Origin: Candidatus Poribacteria bacterium
GTDB lineage: Bacteria > Poribacteria > WGA-4E > WGA-3G
Length of the DNA: 64,000 bases
NCBI GenBank assembly: GCA_965198235.1
Contig: OZ240248.1
Span: 1,184,001 to 1,248,000 of the forward strand
Reading direction: 5' to 3'
The notes beneath the pieces were generated by a model. The model worked only from the letters and a program-made list of their open reading frames with translations, had not been told where the DNA came from and did not search any database. Both the position numbers and the translations under genes were made by a program. Numbering within the stretch: the stretch's first letter is position 1; each line of letters opens with the position of its first letter. Positions 10,701-20,175 of the stretch are shown here, piece by piece.

Positions 10701-11905
10701 ATCTCTATGTGATGCAGTGGGATGGCACGGCGATGTCACCACTCTGGCACCGAAAGATGGAGGAAACCCCCGCTCTTCTTACCGCCGAGCTCAATCAAAA
10801 CGGGTTTGACGAGTTTTACGTTAACCTTGAGGACGGTATTTACCGCTTTGAATCCATCTTCGCAACAGATCCAGATGCCATTGATACGCTCAAACCGTGG
10901 AATGTTGAAGCGAGACCCTTGACACAGAAAGCGGTTCACGTTACATGGGATGCCGAGGAGAACGACGAAACAGATGGCGAACAGTCGGGTCAGACGCGCT
11001 ATTTTACTGTCTACCGCGCACAAGGGGAAAAGAAGGAGGCACCCGCATCTGACGCTTATGAAAAGGTGACGGAAAACCTCACCGTCACAAGATTCCTCGA
11101 CAGACGTGTTACCAAGGATAATACCTACTGGTACGCTATCACGACGAAGGACGAAAAAGGTAACGAAACGCAGCGCACCGAGCCCGTTTCTGCTACACCG
11201 AGAGAACCACCGCAGTTGATTGGGGCAACTTATCACCGTCCAGGTAGTGATATAGGTCCGACACAGCCTAAATCTCAGATTCAGACACCTAATGAGGTTT
11301 CTATGGATGGGAATTTCTGGGTCCTCGTTACCTTCGACCGGCGGATGAATCCTGTGATTGGGGACGAGAACCGGTATGTCTTGCGAGCCGAGAAACGGAT
11401 TGGTGGTGTGAGTCCCGTGTCTGCTATCCGTGACCGGATGGGCACACGCGCACTCTTGGCATTTGATACAGATAGTCTTCTTGAGCACTTCGGGCAATCG
11501 CTGACTGATACAACCGATCAATATGAGATTACCGTATCCAACGTAGTCGATATTGATGAAAACCCTATCCGCGCTGCTACGCGTCCACTTGAAATACCAC
11601 TCGGTGTCATCGGAGCAGCGGTGTCGGATCTGACGCAGGTACGGGTCTATCCAAATCCGGTGCGTCCCAACGTTGCTGACAAAGGCACAGTTACTTTCGA
11701 CAGGTTGCCTGTCGGCACACGCATCCAGCTCTTTACCGCAGGCGGTGAGTTGCTTGAAACATTGGATGTAACCGATCAGGATCACAATCGCAAGGAGTGG
11801 TGGCTTACGAGCAATAACACCGCAGACGTATCAACCGGTATCTATATATACGTCCTTGAATTTGATACGATGAAAAAGATAGGAAAAATCGCGGTGATTA
11901 AATAG
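7769..11905 (+). CDS. Secreted S8 subtilisin-like serine protease with FG-GAP/VCBS repeats, FN3-like region and C-terminal PNP-type sorting-like domain
   Basis: Catalytic triad IAIIDSG / GHGTHVAG / GTSMASPHVAG; repeated D.DGDG..E motifs; C-terminal VRVYPNP...STGIYIY...GKIAVIK. Confidence 0.92.
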   Translation: MKYLRILFIGILLLSVVCTESAPENLPFAAIASQITPGELLIRLTPDAASDVERLHANAPISILHVQHKVESLHPLFPYLARPSLNPNLKRIYLLRFAPDAPLEDLKAVYEQSPLIEAVEYNYLRPTLADTVVPNDPMYPEQWSLPLMKLPQAWAIEKGDRNVVIAIIDSGIDYRHDDLAPKAWINPGEIPENGLDDDGNGYVDDVYGWDFTDAPNLQAEGDYLEGDNEPIDEKGHGTHVAGIAGAMPDNGIGIAGVAWECPLMAIRAGLSLGGSSRMQDDDSAAAMVYAVDNGASVVNMSWGSERRSFVIQDAIDYAYARGAILVAAAGNSQKPAAIFPAGYRKVIAVASTEQNQQRFYQSNFGASVDIGAPGNVILSTQINNQYRLLTGTSMASPHVAGVAALILAKRPALTHEEVRHILISTADPVYQEDSDAVDERFVGAGTVNAERALFASGALQARILAPETNSGGADSITVVGTAGGYKFHAWQLSYGESTVPIEFTPFTQSSITQKIDETLAVWDTTTVPEGIYTVRLTTTATDGQQMHDQVVLSVDRTPPQIISLTATDTLYGERPLTIFTWATDDVTQNTLYYRRKGSLAPFAPIETTNLGVEHFLFLGLERGTYQFFVEAENTTNLKTREDNGGASYTTDIVAGYISPSGFTEKSLDIPPLHIASVTADFDRDGQLEIVGSPLSSETLDAELQAAILAVYERLPSGRYELAHTLESVEGLSNLEKFVTWTVDDTDNDGLLEILATDDARTFLIESLIPRGYPHQIIWETPFLSGGTIADMDGDGQKEIIGADNNNDRLLIFEYDNATRTYVERAILINESPGSNVFAQRFAINDFDGDGSMELVAADSEGDLFVYESTSIRNTFRLEWQTQLPLKDITQLTAGDLTGDGVPEFVVGGLLSLPDNPSGPLIWKFFVFTHTSRGYALLSDGARNATVAIAPHRRNGNSLAIADLEGDGHNKLVIATYPNLYVMQWDGTAMSPLWHRKMEETPALLTAELNQNGFDEFYVNLEDGIYRFESIFATDPDAIDTLKPWNVEARPLTQKAVHVTWDAEENDETDGEQSGQTRYFTVYRAQGEKKEAPASDAYEKVTENLTVTRFLDRRVTKDNTYWYAITTKDEKGNETQRTEPVSATPREPPQLIGATYHRPGSDIGPTQPKSQIQTPNEVSMDGNFWVLVTFDRRMNPVIGDENRYVLRAEKRIGGVSPVSAIRDRMGTRALLAFDTDSLLEHFGQSLTDTTDQYEITVSNVVDIDENPIRAATRPLEIPLGVIGAAVSDLTQVRVYPNPVRPNVADKGTVTFDRLPVGTRIQLFTAGGELLETLDVTDQDHNRKEWWLTSNNTADVSTGIYIYVLEFDTMKKIGKIAVIK

Positions 11906-12060
11906 TTTTTTAACTATTTAATCTGATCACTGCTCCATTACATTCCGCAGTGGTTTTTGGTTAATTCTAACCCGCTCCAGGTGTTCAAAGAGCTCTTGAT
12001 TTCACCAGAAACCGTTGTGAAACGTAGTGAAACAACGCCCAGGAGCCCATAGTTAAAAAA
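11906..12060. repeat. MITE-like repeat family ending in TA(A/G)TTAAAAA, representative copy
   Basis: Inverted termini TTTTTTAACTAT...ATAGTTAAAAAA; related copies at ~17430, 21477-21626, 23069, 36200, 39777, 51255 and 59780-59990. Confidence 0.7.
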
Positions 12061-12069
12061 GTTAAAAAA

Positions 12070-13074
12070 ATGGATAATTTTATTCTCATCGCAAACCCCA
12101 TTTCCGGTAAAGGCAACGCGAAAAACGTTGCTGAACAGGCTTATGCTGCCCTTACCGAATCTGGAGCTCAGGGACAATTGATGTTCACTTCGGCATCCGG
12201 CGATGCCAAACGTTTCGCGCAGGAAGCCATCTCTGATGGAATTCGATCCATGATTGCTTGCGGTGGCGATGGGACGCTCCACGAAGTTGTTAACGGTATC
12301 GAGACGGCTCCAGATGTAACCTTAGGTGTTCTTCCGTGTGGTCGCGGCAACGATTTTGCAGCGGCAATCGGTGTGCCGCTGAAACCTGAAGCCGCAATCG
12401 CAACCCTCTTATCTGGCACCCCTATCCGTGTAGATTTAGGATGTTGCTATCAGAATAGCAGTCAGCAGTCAGTTGTTAATCCAAATGATGTAGCCCGTAA
12501 TGAAATGGAGGGCGGATCTACGGAAAGGTGCTTCAATGTCCAAACCCCACTGACCGAACCGCAAGGAAAAATTAAAAAATATTTCATCACCATTGCCACC
12601 TGCGGTTACGATACGGAAGTGAGTCGCCGTGCGGCGAAAGGAACACCGCTGTTTGCAGGCACTGCCTCCTACGCTTACGCCGCGGTGGAGACACTTTTCT
12701 ACTACGAACCGCCGTTTGTGCGTCTTGAGGGCGACTTCGGTGTCCACGAGGGACCGCTCCTTCTCGCTGCGACAGGCATCACAAATCGATATGGCGGTGG
12801 ATTTCAGATTGTACCGAACGCTCGCGTCGACGATGGGCTTTTCGATGTCTGTATTATCCGACCGGTGTCCTCTCTAACGGTGTTACGGCTCATGGTGACA
12901 CTCTTCTGGGGTGGACATGTTTCGCATCCTGCCGTATCCATGCACCAGACCCGCACTTTAACAATTGAGACCGACACACCCATGCTGTTGTATGCCGATG
13001 GCGAGCCGATGTGCGAAACCCCTGCCACAATTGAGATAATTAAAGAGGGACTCGCTGTAATGGCACCTCGTTGA
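12070..13074 (+). CDS. Diacylglycerol kinase family (YegS/BmrU) lipid kinase with in-frame repeat insertion
   Basis: NP.SG, GGDGTLHEVVNG, P.GRGNDFA, YGGG, DDGLFDV, ADGE; about 43 extra repeat-derived residues between DLG and YF. Confidence 0.92.
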   Translation: MDNFILIANPISGKGNAKNVAEQAYAALTESGAQGQLMFTSASGDAKRFAQEAISDGIRSMIACGGDGTLHEVVNGIETAPDVTLGVLPCGRGNDFAAAIGVPLKPEAAIATLLSGTPIRVDLGCCYQNSSQQSVVNPNDVARNEMEGGSTERCFNVQTPLTEPQGKIKKYFITIATCGYDTEVSRRAAKGTPLFAGTASYAYAAVETLFYYEPPFVRLEGDFGVHEGPLLLAATGITNRYGGGFQIVPNARVDDGLFDVCIIRPVSSLTVLRLMVTLFWGGHVSHPAVSMHQTRTLTIETDTPMLLYADGEPMCETPATIEIIKEGLAVMAPR

Positions 13075-13279
13075 TGCTCCCTACTCCCTTGCAAACGCTC
13101 CGGCGACTGGGTTTGTTGATGGCAATCGGCAATCGGTGGTCAGCAGTCAGTAGTTTGCTGTGAGAATCAATCCGCCTCTCCCTGCTGGCGAGGTGTTTTG
13201 CTTGGGGTTTTTGCTTGGGGTTTTTGATAGGGTGTTTCTGTGGATTTCTGCGGATTTCCTCTAGTAACCTCGCCTCTTT

Positions 13280-15064
13280 TTAAGCGTCCTCAGGATACAT
13301 TTCCTCAATCGCATCCCCGTATCGCGCTATGATAACGTTGCGCTTTAACTTTAGCGTGGGTGTCATCTCATCCGCTTCTTGAGAAAATTCCTTATCGAGC
13401 AGCGTGAACCGTCGTACCTGTTCAAAGTCCGCGAAATCGGTTAAACGACTCCGGATTTCGCCTTGAATGAATTGTTGCACCTCGCGCGTCTCAAGCAGTG
13501 TCGCAAGCTCATCCGTCGCAACGTTATTCTCCGCCCCCCACGCCTTGAGTGCATCAAAATTCGGAACAATCAATGCAGCGAGATTTTTGCGTTCGTTTCC
13601 CACCAGCATAATCTGGTTAATAAAGGGACTTTGCACCAACACGCTTTCTATCGGTTGCGGTGCAACGTTTTTACCGTTGGAGAGCACAATGATGTTCTTC
13701 TTCCGATCAGTAATCTTAACGAACCCGTCCTCATCAATGATGCCGATGTCACCCGTATGAAACCAACCCTCTCCATCGATAACCTCTGCTGTCGCGGATT
13801 CGTTATTGAAATAGCCCTTCATGACGTGTGGACCACGGGTTAAAATTTCACCATCTTCAGCGATTTGTACCTCCACTCCGGGGACAGGCACGCCAACGGT
13901 TCCGAACCTCCATTGTGCTGAATGGTTCATGCTAATGACGGGCGAGGTCTCCGTTAAGCCGTACCCCTCCAAAATCAGTATCCCCGCCGCGTGGAAAAAT
14001 TCGGCGATTGATTGGGGTAACGCTGCGCCACCAGAGACGAAAAAGCGTAGCCGGCCACCCGTCGCCGCCTTCAATTTCGCAAAGACCAGTTTGTCCGCGA
14101 TGTTCTGCTGTAATTGCAAAATTGCAGACGGCTTTTTCCCCTTTTGAATCGCTGAACTGACGGATGAACCGACTGAGACACCCCAGTGGAAAATCTTCTG
14201 TTTGAGCGACGAACCTTCCTGCACGGCACGCAGAATTCTGTCATGCATGGTTTCATAGAGTCGCGGCACACTGAGCATCACTGTCGGAGCGACCTCCCGC
14301 ATATTCTGTGCGACCGTGAACGTACTCTCCGCATAAGCCACCTTCGCACCGGAGAACAATGGCACGTAGTGTCCACCGAGCCGTTCAAATACATGTGATA
14401 ACGGTAGGAACGACAACAACACGTCTGCATCATTGACATCGATAAGCGATTTACACGCCTGTAAATTTGAAATGAAATTCGCATGTGTCAGCATGACACC
14501 CTTCGGATCTCCTGTTGTCCCCGAAGTATAGATAATCGTTGCGATGTCGTCTTCGCTCGCGTAGGAGGGGTTTCTAACCCCGATTCCTTGTTCCTGTCCG
14601 TCCAGTTCACAGACTGCCTCAAATTGGATAACACCCTCTGGGCATTCACCTTCAATCGGGTCAAAGACAATTATCTGTTCAAGCGTCGGGACTTCATCTC
14701 GGATAGCGGTTACCTTCTCCAACTGCCTGCTCGTGGAGACGCAGATAATTTTTGATCCGGAATCTTTTAGGATATAACCGACCTGTGCCGCAGTTAGCGT
14801 TGAGAACATTGGTACGGTTACCGCACCGGCTTTGAGGCTACCGAAATCCGTGATTGTCCATTCGGGGCGGTTCTCGGAGAGAAGCGCGACCCGATCGTCC
14901 TTTTGCACCCCTAAGGCAGTTAACCCTTTACTAAAAGCGTCCACCGATTCGCCGAGTTCAGTGTAAGAGATGTCTTGATAAGTGCCACCTTTCGGTTTAT
15001 GTGCCAATGCCGGTTTACTACCGTAGTGTTGGATTGAATGTTCTAACATGGATATCAGTGTCAT
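13280..15064 (-). CDS. Long-chain fatty acid-CoA ligase (AMP-binding)
   Basis: IIYTSGTTGDPKGVMLTH, SFLPLSH, EGYGLTE, GWFHTGD, DRKK...NGKNVAPQ, TPTLKLKR. Confidence 0.95.
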   Translation of the reverse strand: MTLISMLEHSIQHYGSKPALAHKPKGGTYQDISYTELGESVDAFSKGLTALGVQKDDRVALLSENRPEWTITDFGSLKAGAVTVPMFSTLTAAQVGYILKDSGSKIICVSTSRQLEKVTAIRDEVPTLEQIIVFDPIEGECPEGVIQFEAVCELDGQEQGIGVRNPSYASEDDIATIIYTSGTTGDPKGVMLTHANFISNLQACKSLIDVNDADVLLSFLPLSHVFERLGGHYVPLFSGAKVAYAESTFTVAQNMREVAPTVMLSVPRLYETMHDRILRAVQEGSSLKQKIFHWGVSVGSSVSSAIQKGKKPSAILQLQQNIADKLVFAKLKAATGGRLRFFVSGGAALPQSIAEFFHAAGILILEGYGLTETSPVISMNHSAQWRFGTVGVPVPGVEVQIAEDGEILTRGPHVMKGYFNNESATAEVIDGEGWFHTGDIGIIDEDGFVKITDRKKNIIVLSNGKNVAPQPIESVLVQSPFINQIMLVGNERKNLAALIVPNFDALKAWGAENNVATDELATLLETREVQQFIQGEIRSRLTDFADFEQVRRFTLLDKEFSQEADEMTPTLKLKRNVIIARYGDAIEEMYPEDA

Positions 15065-15570
15065 TATGGCGTTTCTCCTGTTGCCTCGTAGTGAGAGTTT
15101 GCCTCTATCCTAACATACGAACTGATGAGAGTCAAGTTAATCGTTCCTCTTACGGGTAGGATCGATTTCCTTCCCACTGATAAATTTTCATAGTAACCTT
15201 CACAGAAGATTTCTGAAAAAACCGCGCAGAATCCAGTCAGGGCATGGGTTTATAGCATCCTTTGGGATCCATCACTGTCCGAGTTTTGCTATGAAAACTG
15301 TGAAATTAGCATTGTTTAGAATCATGTATAGGAGCCGACTGCTGACCGCTGATGGCTGATCGCTGACTGTTATTCTTCTGGCGACCGCAAACGAAATTCT
15401 ACCTAAACTTGTTTTTTTCTTGCTTTTGTGTTACGAATTGTGCTAAACTATTGCAAATTATCACAGCAGAACCCAATTTAAGCAGGACCTGAATTAATAT
15501 TCGCAAAATTCTGGGAAATGTGGTAAACTCTATCCTAAAGTCATCCGTTGTTGTCTGAGGAGACGTTCAA

Positions 15571-17391
15571 ATGTACGATAAGAAGAATCGTAAAATTGCT
15601 GGTCCAGGTCCTGATGGGAACGACCTGTTTATTGAAGATGACGAGGAACTTGAAGAGGAACTCACTCCCGAAGAGGAGGCAATGAGTTCTGGCTATTCGT
15701 TACAGTTAATTCACCACATTATTGCCGACACCCCGGTAGATGACCGGCGCCGTCGCTGGCTCATGGAACTCCGTCGCGCTATTCTCAACGATGAAGGCGA
15801 ATTTCAAGAGAGGGTCCGCTCGATTCAGCAGGAGGCACTCCGTATCCACGCAGAAATGGAGGAGCAGATTGAGAAGCTCACCGCACCCGCAAATCGAATC
15901 GGAACCCTACTCGGATTGCCCAAGGAGGACATTGCCCGCGTTATCGTCGGCGGCTCCGAATACTACGCGAATATTGATACCGAACTGAAAGCATCCGACC
16001 TTAAAAAGGGGTTCAGCGTCCTGTTGAACGACGCTTTTGTCGTTGTCGGTGAACTCGGATACAACGATGCAGGTCCTATTGCAAAAATAGCCGATGTCAT
16101 GCCGGATGGACGGCTCCGTATCGGTCAAGAACCGAATGCTCAAACTGTCATCCTTGAACGCTCCACAGACCTCGTAGATGTGAAACTGAAACCCGGTGAT
16201 GAAGTTCGGATCGACTCCAACTTCCGTGTCGCCGTTGAACATATCGCCGCGAAAGAGACAGACGCTTACGCGCTTGAAGCGGTGCCGAATATACCGTGGT
16301 CCAAGGTGGGTGGGCTTGACGATACCATCCAACGCATTAAAGACACGATCGAGCTCCCGATCCTACATCCCAAACTCTTTGAACGCTTCCAGTATAGTGC
16401 GCCGAAAGGTTTCCTTCTCCACGGTCCTCCGGGATGTGGAAAAACACTCATTGGCAAAGCGACCGCTTACAACTTAACCCAACGTCTCCGAAGGGAAAGC
16501 GGCGAGGATGTTGAAGGCTGTTTCCTACACATCAAGGGACCCGAGATCCTCAACATGTGGCTCGGTGAATCTGAACGGAAAGTGCGAGAGATTTTTCAGA
16601 TTGCTCGTGAGAAAAAAGAAGATGGCAAGTTGGCGTTTGTCTTTATCGATGAGGCGGAGTCAATATTGGGGACACGACGTGCACTCAGATCCCACAGTAT
16701 CTCGAACACACTTGTCCCGATGTTTTGTGCAGAGATGGACGGTATTGAATCTCTGCAGGATGTCGTCATTATCTTGGCGACAAACCGTCCCGATCTAATT
16801 GACCCTGCCGTTTTACGTCCAGGGCGAATTGATAGGAAAATTAAAGTAACACGTCCAGATGCAAAGGCTGCAAAGGATATCTTCCGTATCTACCTCACCC
16901 CTGAGATACCCATTGCTTCACTCCTTGATCAGGAGAATGATACCGGAACAGGAGAAGGTGAAACACCCCCCGAAGTCATCCCGGCGGAGAAAGCCGTTGC
17001 AGATCTAATCGCACAGGCCGTTGATGAGATGTTCCGTGAAGACGAAGACAACCGATTCCTTGAAGTTTCTCTCAGGAGTGGGAGACGCGATATTCTCTAT
17101 AAAGGACATCTGTGCAGCGGTGCAATTATTGAGTCGATTGTGCAACGGGCGAAGGAGTCCGCACTCAAACGTGCGATTCAGAACCCAGAGAAGGAAAGTG
17201 GTATCACGCGCGCCGACCTGTTAGATGCACTCGCCGCAGAGTATAGCGAAAGCGAAATCTTCCCGCCAACCGAGGCGACTGAAGACTGGCTCAAGCTCCT
17301 TGATTACGATCCAACGAATGTTGTCAAAGTTACGCCTATCAAATCTGAGAAACAGGAGCGACGCAAAGCCTCCGGTTCGCGCGTCATTTAG
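15571..17391 (+). CDS. arc: Proteasome ATPase ARC/Mpa
   Basis: Coiled coil plus OB region; Walker A GPPGCGKT, IKGPEILN, Walker B VFIDE, NRPDLIDPAVLRPGR; first gene of the proteasome operon. Confidence 0.93.
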   Translation: MYDKKNRKIAGPGPDGNDLFIEDDEELEEELTPEEEAMSSGYSLQLIHHIIADTPVDDRRRRWLMELRRAILNDEGEFQERVRSIQQEALRIHAEMEEQIEKLTAPANRIGTLLGLPKEDIARVIVGGSEYYANIDTELKASDLKKGFSVLLNDAFVVVGELGYNDAGPIAKIADVMPDGRLRIGQEPNAQTVILERSTDLVDVKLKPGDEVRIDSNFRVAVEHIAAKETDAYALEAVPNIPWSKVGGLDDTIQRIKDTIELPILHPKLFERFQYSAPKGFLLHGPPGCGKTLIGKATAYNLTQRLRRESGEDVEGCFLHIKGPEILNMWLGESERKVREIFQIAREKKEDGKLAFVFIDEAESILGTRRALRSHSISNTLVPMFCAEMDGIESLQDVVIILATNRPDLIDPAVLRPGRIDRKIKVTRPDAKAAKDIFRIYLTPEIPIASLLDQENDTGTGEGETPPEVIPAEKAVADLIAQAVDEMFREDEDNRFLEVSLRSGRRDILYKGHLCSGAIIESIVQRAKESALKRAIQNPEKESGITRADLLDALAAEYSESEIFPPTEATEDWLKLLDYDPTNVVKVTPIKSEKQERRKASGSRVI

Positions 17392-17463
17392 GCTTTTAAG
17401 TTAGTAATTCTGGAGTTAATAACTTAAAAAATGGAACGATCCTTAGAGGCACATAATTAAAAA

Positions 17464-18978
17464 ATGGGAAGACTTTTTGGAATCGAAACTGAATACGGAA
17501 TAACACTCGAAAATGAAGCGCACATTGATGCCGTCAAGCAGTCAATTGAGCTGGTAAAAAGTTACCGACAAGAAGATTTTCGACCTGTGTGGGACTACCG
17601 CGGCGAGGACCCGTTTCGAGACGAACGCGGCTTTCGGGCGAGCGCGCTTTCCAATCATCCCGATGAGAAGGAAGAGGAAAAGCGCGACCAAAAACGCAAT
17701 ATTAAAGAACGACTCTCTTTTGCTGAAATCAAAAGCGATCACATCCTCGTCAACGGCGCACGGTTCTACAACGATCACGCACATCCAGAGTATTCAACAC
17801 CTGAATGCAGCAGTCTCTTTGACCTTGTCGCACACGATAAAGCCGGCGAACGCATCCTTCAACGGTGTGCCGAAACACGCAGCCAGAAACTCGGAAAACG
17901 CGTGCTTTTATACAAGAATAATACCGATTTCCATGGGCATAGTTACGGTTGCCACGATAACTACCTGATGGCACGCGAAGTACCGTTTGAAACCCTCAAG
18001 CAAGGTATCATGCCGTTCTTTATCACACGCCAGATCTTCGCAGGTGCCGGAAAAATCGGCATTGAAACTGAAGCCGGACTCGCAACGCCAGGACACTACC
18101 AGTTATCTCAACGATCCGATTTCTTTCACGTCGAGGCGAGTGTGGATACCATGCACAATCGTCCTATCGTCAACACGCGAGATGAACCGCACGCTGATGC
18201 ATCTAAATATCGTAGGTTGCACGGCATCGCCGGGGATGCAAATATGTCCGAATACGCCACCGCACTCAAAGTCGGCACGACAGCACTCGTGATTGCCTTG
18301 ATTGAACAGCGGAGGATTCCAGAAAGTTTAGTGCTCGTCAACCCGATTGATACCATCAAAACTGTATCGCATGACCAGACATATCGTTGGATAGTAATGA
18401 CGGCAGAAGGGAAAACGATGTCCGCTATTGACCATCAGCGTGAGTATCTTGCACTCGCACAGAAGCATCTCGGTGAAGCTGTGGGGCTTGAAACCGACTG
18501 GGTGCTCACCGAGTGGGAGGATACCCTCAACGCGCTTGAGACGGACCCAATGTCGCTCACTGATCGGCTTGATTGGGTCGCGAAGAAATGGTTGCTTGAA
18601 ACGTTTGCTGAGGAAGAGGGAGTCGCGTGGGATGACCCGTGGCTCCAAAGTTTGGATTTAGAATATCACAACATCGATCTTGATGAAGGGCTATACTATG
18701 GGATTCCGATGCGGCGTATCGTCACGGACGAACAGATTGATGCTGCGCTCCATAATCCGCCTGCCGACACGCGGGCATACTTCCGGGGGCGCGCTGTAGA
18801 TCGATTCAGTAACTCTATAAAGGCTATCCAGTGGGATAGTATTACCTTTACTGTAAACGGGCGCACCCGCGAAATCAATCTAAATGCCCTCGCAGATGCG
18901 GAGATCGCGCGTCAATATAACGAGGCACTCGATCAATCGCCGACTGTTGAGACGCTCATTGAAAAATTGCCTCTATAA
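17464..18978 (+). CDS. dop: Depupylase/deamidase Dop (PafA2)
   Basis: GIETEYG, NGARFYNDHAHPEYSTPEC, KNNTD.HGHSYGCHDNY, RPIVNTRDEPHAD, DLEYH. Confidence 0.92.
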   Translation: MGRLFGIETEYGITLENEAHIDAVKQSIELVKSYRQEDFRPVWDYRGEDPFRDERGFRASALSNHPDEKEEEKRDQKRNIKERLSFAEIKSDHILVNGARFYNDHAHPEYSTPECSSLFDLVAHDKAGERILQRCAETRSQKLGKRVLLYKNNTDFHGHSYGCHDNYLMAREVPFETLKQGIMPFFITRQIFAGAGKIGIETEAGLATPGHYQLSQRSDFFHVEASVDTMHNRPIVNTRDEPHADASKYRRLHGIAGDANMSEYATALKVGTTALVIALIEQRRIPESLVLVNPIDTIKTVSHDQTYRWIVMTAEGKTMSAIDHQREYLALAQKHLGEAVGLETDWVLTEWEDTLNALETDPMSLTDRLDWVAKKWLLETFAEEEGVAWDDPWLQSLDLEYHNIDLDEGLYYGIPMRRIVTDEQIDAALHNPPADTRAYFRGRAVDRFSNSIKAIQWDSITFTVNGRTREINLNALADAEIARQYNEALDQSPTVETLIEKLPL

Positions 18979-18994
18979 AAGAAGGAGATATAGA

Positions 18995-19192
18995 ATGACA
19001 GCCAAGATGATTGCTCAGCTTGAACGGAAGCAAAGAGACACCAAACCCATTGGACCCGGTGATGGCGATGACGATAACGAGGGACCCAAGCGACAGAAAG
19101 TCAGTCGGCCCGATACGCAAGAACTGCTCAAACGGATGCGGCGTGTTGACAAAGATCAGTCCAGACGTTACCGCCAAAGAACGGGGGAGTGA
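18995..19192 (+). CDS. ubact: Ubiquitin-like modifier UBact (Pup analogue), 65 aa
   Basis: AAGGAG RBS then ATG 18995; disordered acidic/basic protein ending LLKRMRRVD...RRYRQRTGE (R[ST]G[EQ] end); lies between dop and prcB. Confidence 0.88.
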   Translation: MTAKMIAQLERKQRDTKPIGPGDGDDDNEGPKRQKVSRPDTQELLKRMRRVDKDQSRRYRQRTGE

Positions 19193-20052
19193 TGAACGAT
19201 AAAGGCGGCTTCCCTAAAGAGTACGGAAAATTTGCGCTACAGGGAGTCATGAACCATAAAGGGGACTTCCTAAACCTTTTAAAACACGCAAACTATCCCT
19301 TGAAAATAGATTTGCCATCGGAAGTTACACAGCGCGGTACTGATATTGAAATAGCACACAGTACGACTGTCGTCGTTGTTCGTTACCGGGACGGAGTCAT
19401 GATCGCGGGTGACCGGCGTGCTACCGCTGGCACTTCTGTCATCTATGATCGGGCGGAGAAAGTTTTGCAGATTGATAAGCATTCTGTACTCGCTATTTCA
19501 GGTTCACCCGCAATCGCTTATGAGATCGCCAGAATATTGGAGCACTCGTTTCAATACTTTCGCCGCAGCCAGCTCCAAGAGTTGAGTCTTGAAGGCAAAC
19601 TCCGAATGCTATCACGGCTCATCCGGGAGAATCTGCCCATGGCACTCCAAGGCATCGGAGGTGTTATTCCGATTTTTGCCCTCTACGATTTGAATGCCCC
19701 TGATGACGAGAATGGTGGAAAAATTTTCTTCTATGATGCACTCGGTGCGCATTTTGAAAACGTAAATTTTGCCACGACCGGTTCCGGCTCCATCTGGATT
19801 CGCGGTGTGTTACGCTATATCTCTCGATTCGGCGATGCGCCTTTGCAAGAAATGGATGAGCGGCAGGCGACTATCACTATCTTACGCCTCTTGGACACCG
19901 CAAGCGAGTACGATGCCGCGACAAGCGGTTACAACGCCAGGGCACAAATTTTTCCAAATGTCAAGATTGTGACACGCACCGGCGTTGAAGATATTTCCGA
20001 TGATGAATTGGAGGCATGTTACGCTGAAGCACAACCGGACGGAGAGGAATAG
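19189..20052 (+). CDS. prcB: 20S proteasome beta subunit (alternative start ATG 19249)
   Basis: Propeptide then T1 (codon 19363), D17 (GDRRAT), K33; TGSGS; D..(T/S)G. Confidence 0.92.
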   Translation: MMNDKGGFPKEYGKFALQGVMNHKGDFLNLLKHANYPLKIDLPSEVTQRGTDIEIAHSTTVVVVRYRDGVMIAGDRRATAGTSVIYDRAEKVLQIDKHSVLAISGSPAIAYEIARILEHSFQYFRRSQLQELSLEGKLRMLSRLIRENLPMALQGIGGVIPIFALYDLNAPDDENGGKIFFYDALGAHFENVNFATTGSGSIWIRGVLRYISRFGDAPLQEMDERQATITILRLLDTASEYDAATSGYNARAQIFPNVKIVTRTGVEDISDDELEACYAEAQPDGEE

Positions 20053-20175
20053 CCGTCAGCATATTGGCCGTCAGCAGTCGGCGGATGGTGGTTGGCAGTC
20101 GGTAGCCGGCGGATGGCAGTCGGTTCAGAAGTTTTCGCCTAACAAGGGGTTTCTCTTAAGATAACCTCAAAACCT

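Noticed and set aside
10736-11785. 349-aa antisense ORF, and similar shadow ORFs across the window
   Set aside because: It is opposite a well-supported gene, has no recognisable motifs, and is explained by codon bias.
18884-19192. Actinobacterial Pup, 102 aa
   Set aside because: The C-terminus is RTGE rather than GG[EQ], and the RBS supports ATG 18995 (65 aa).
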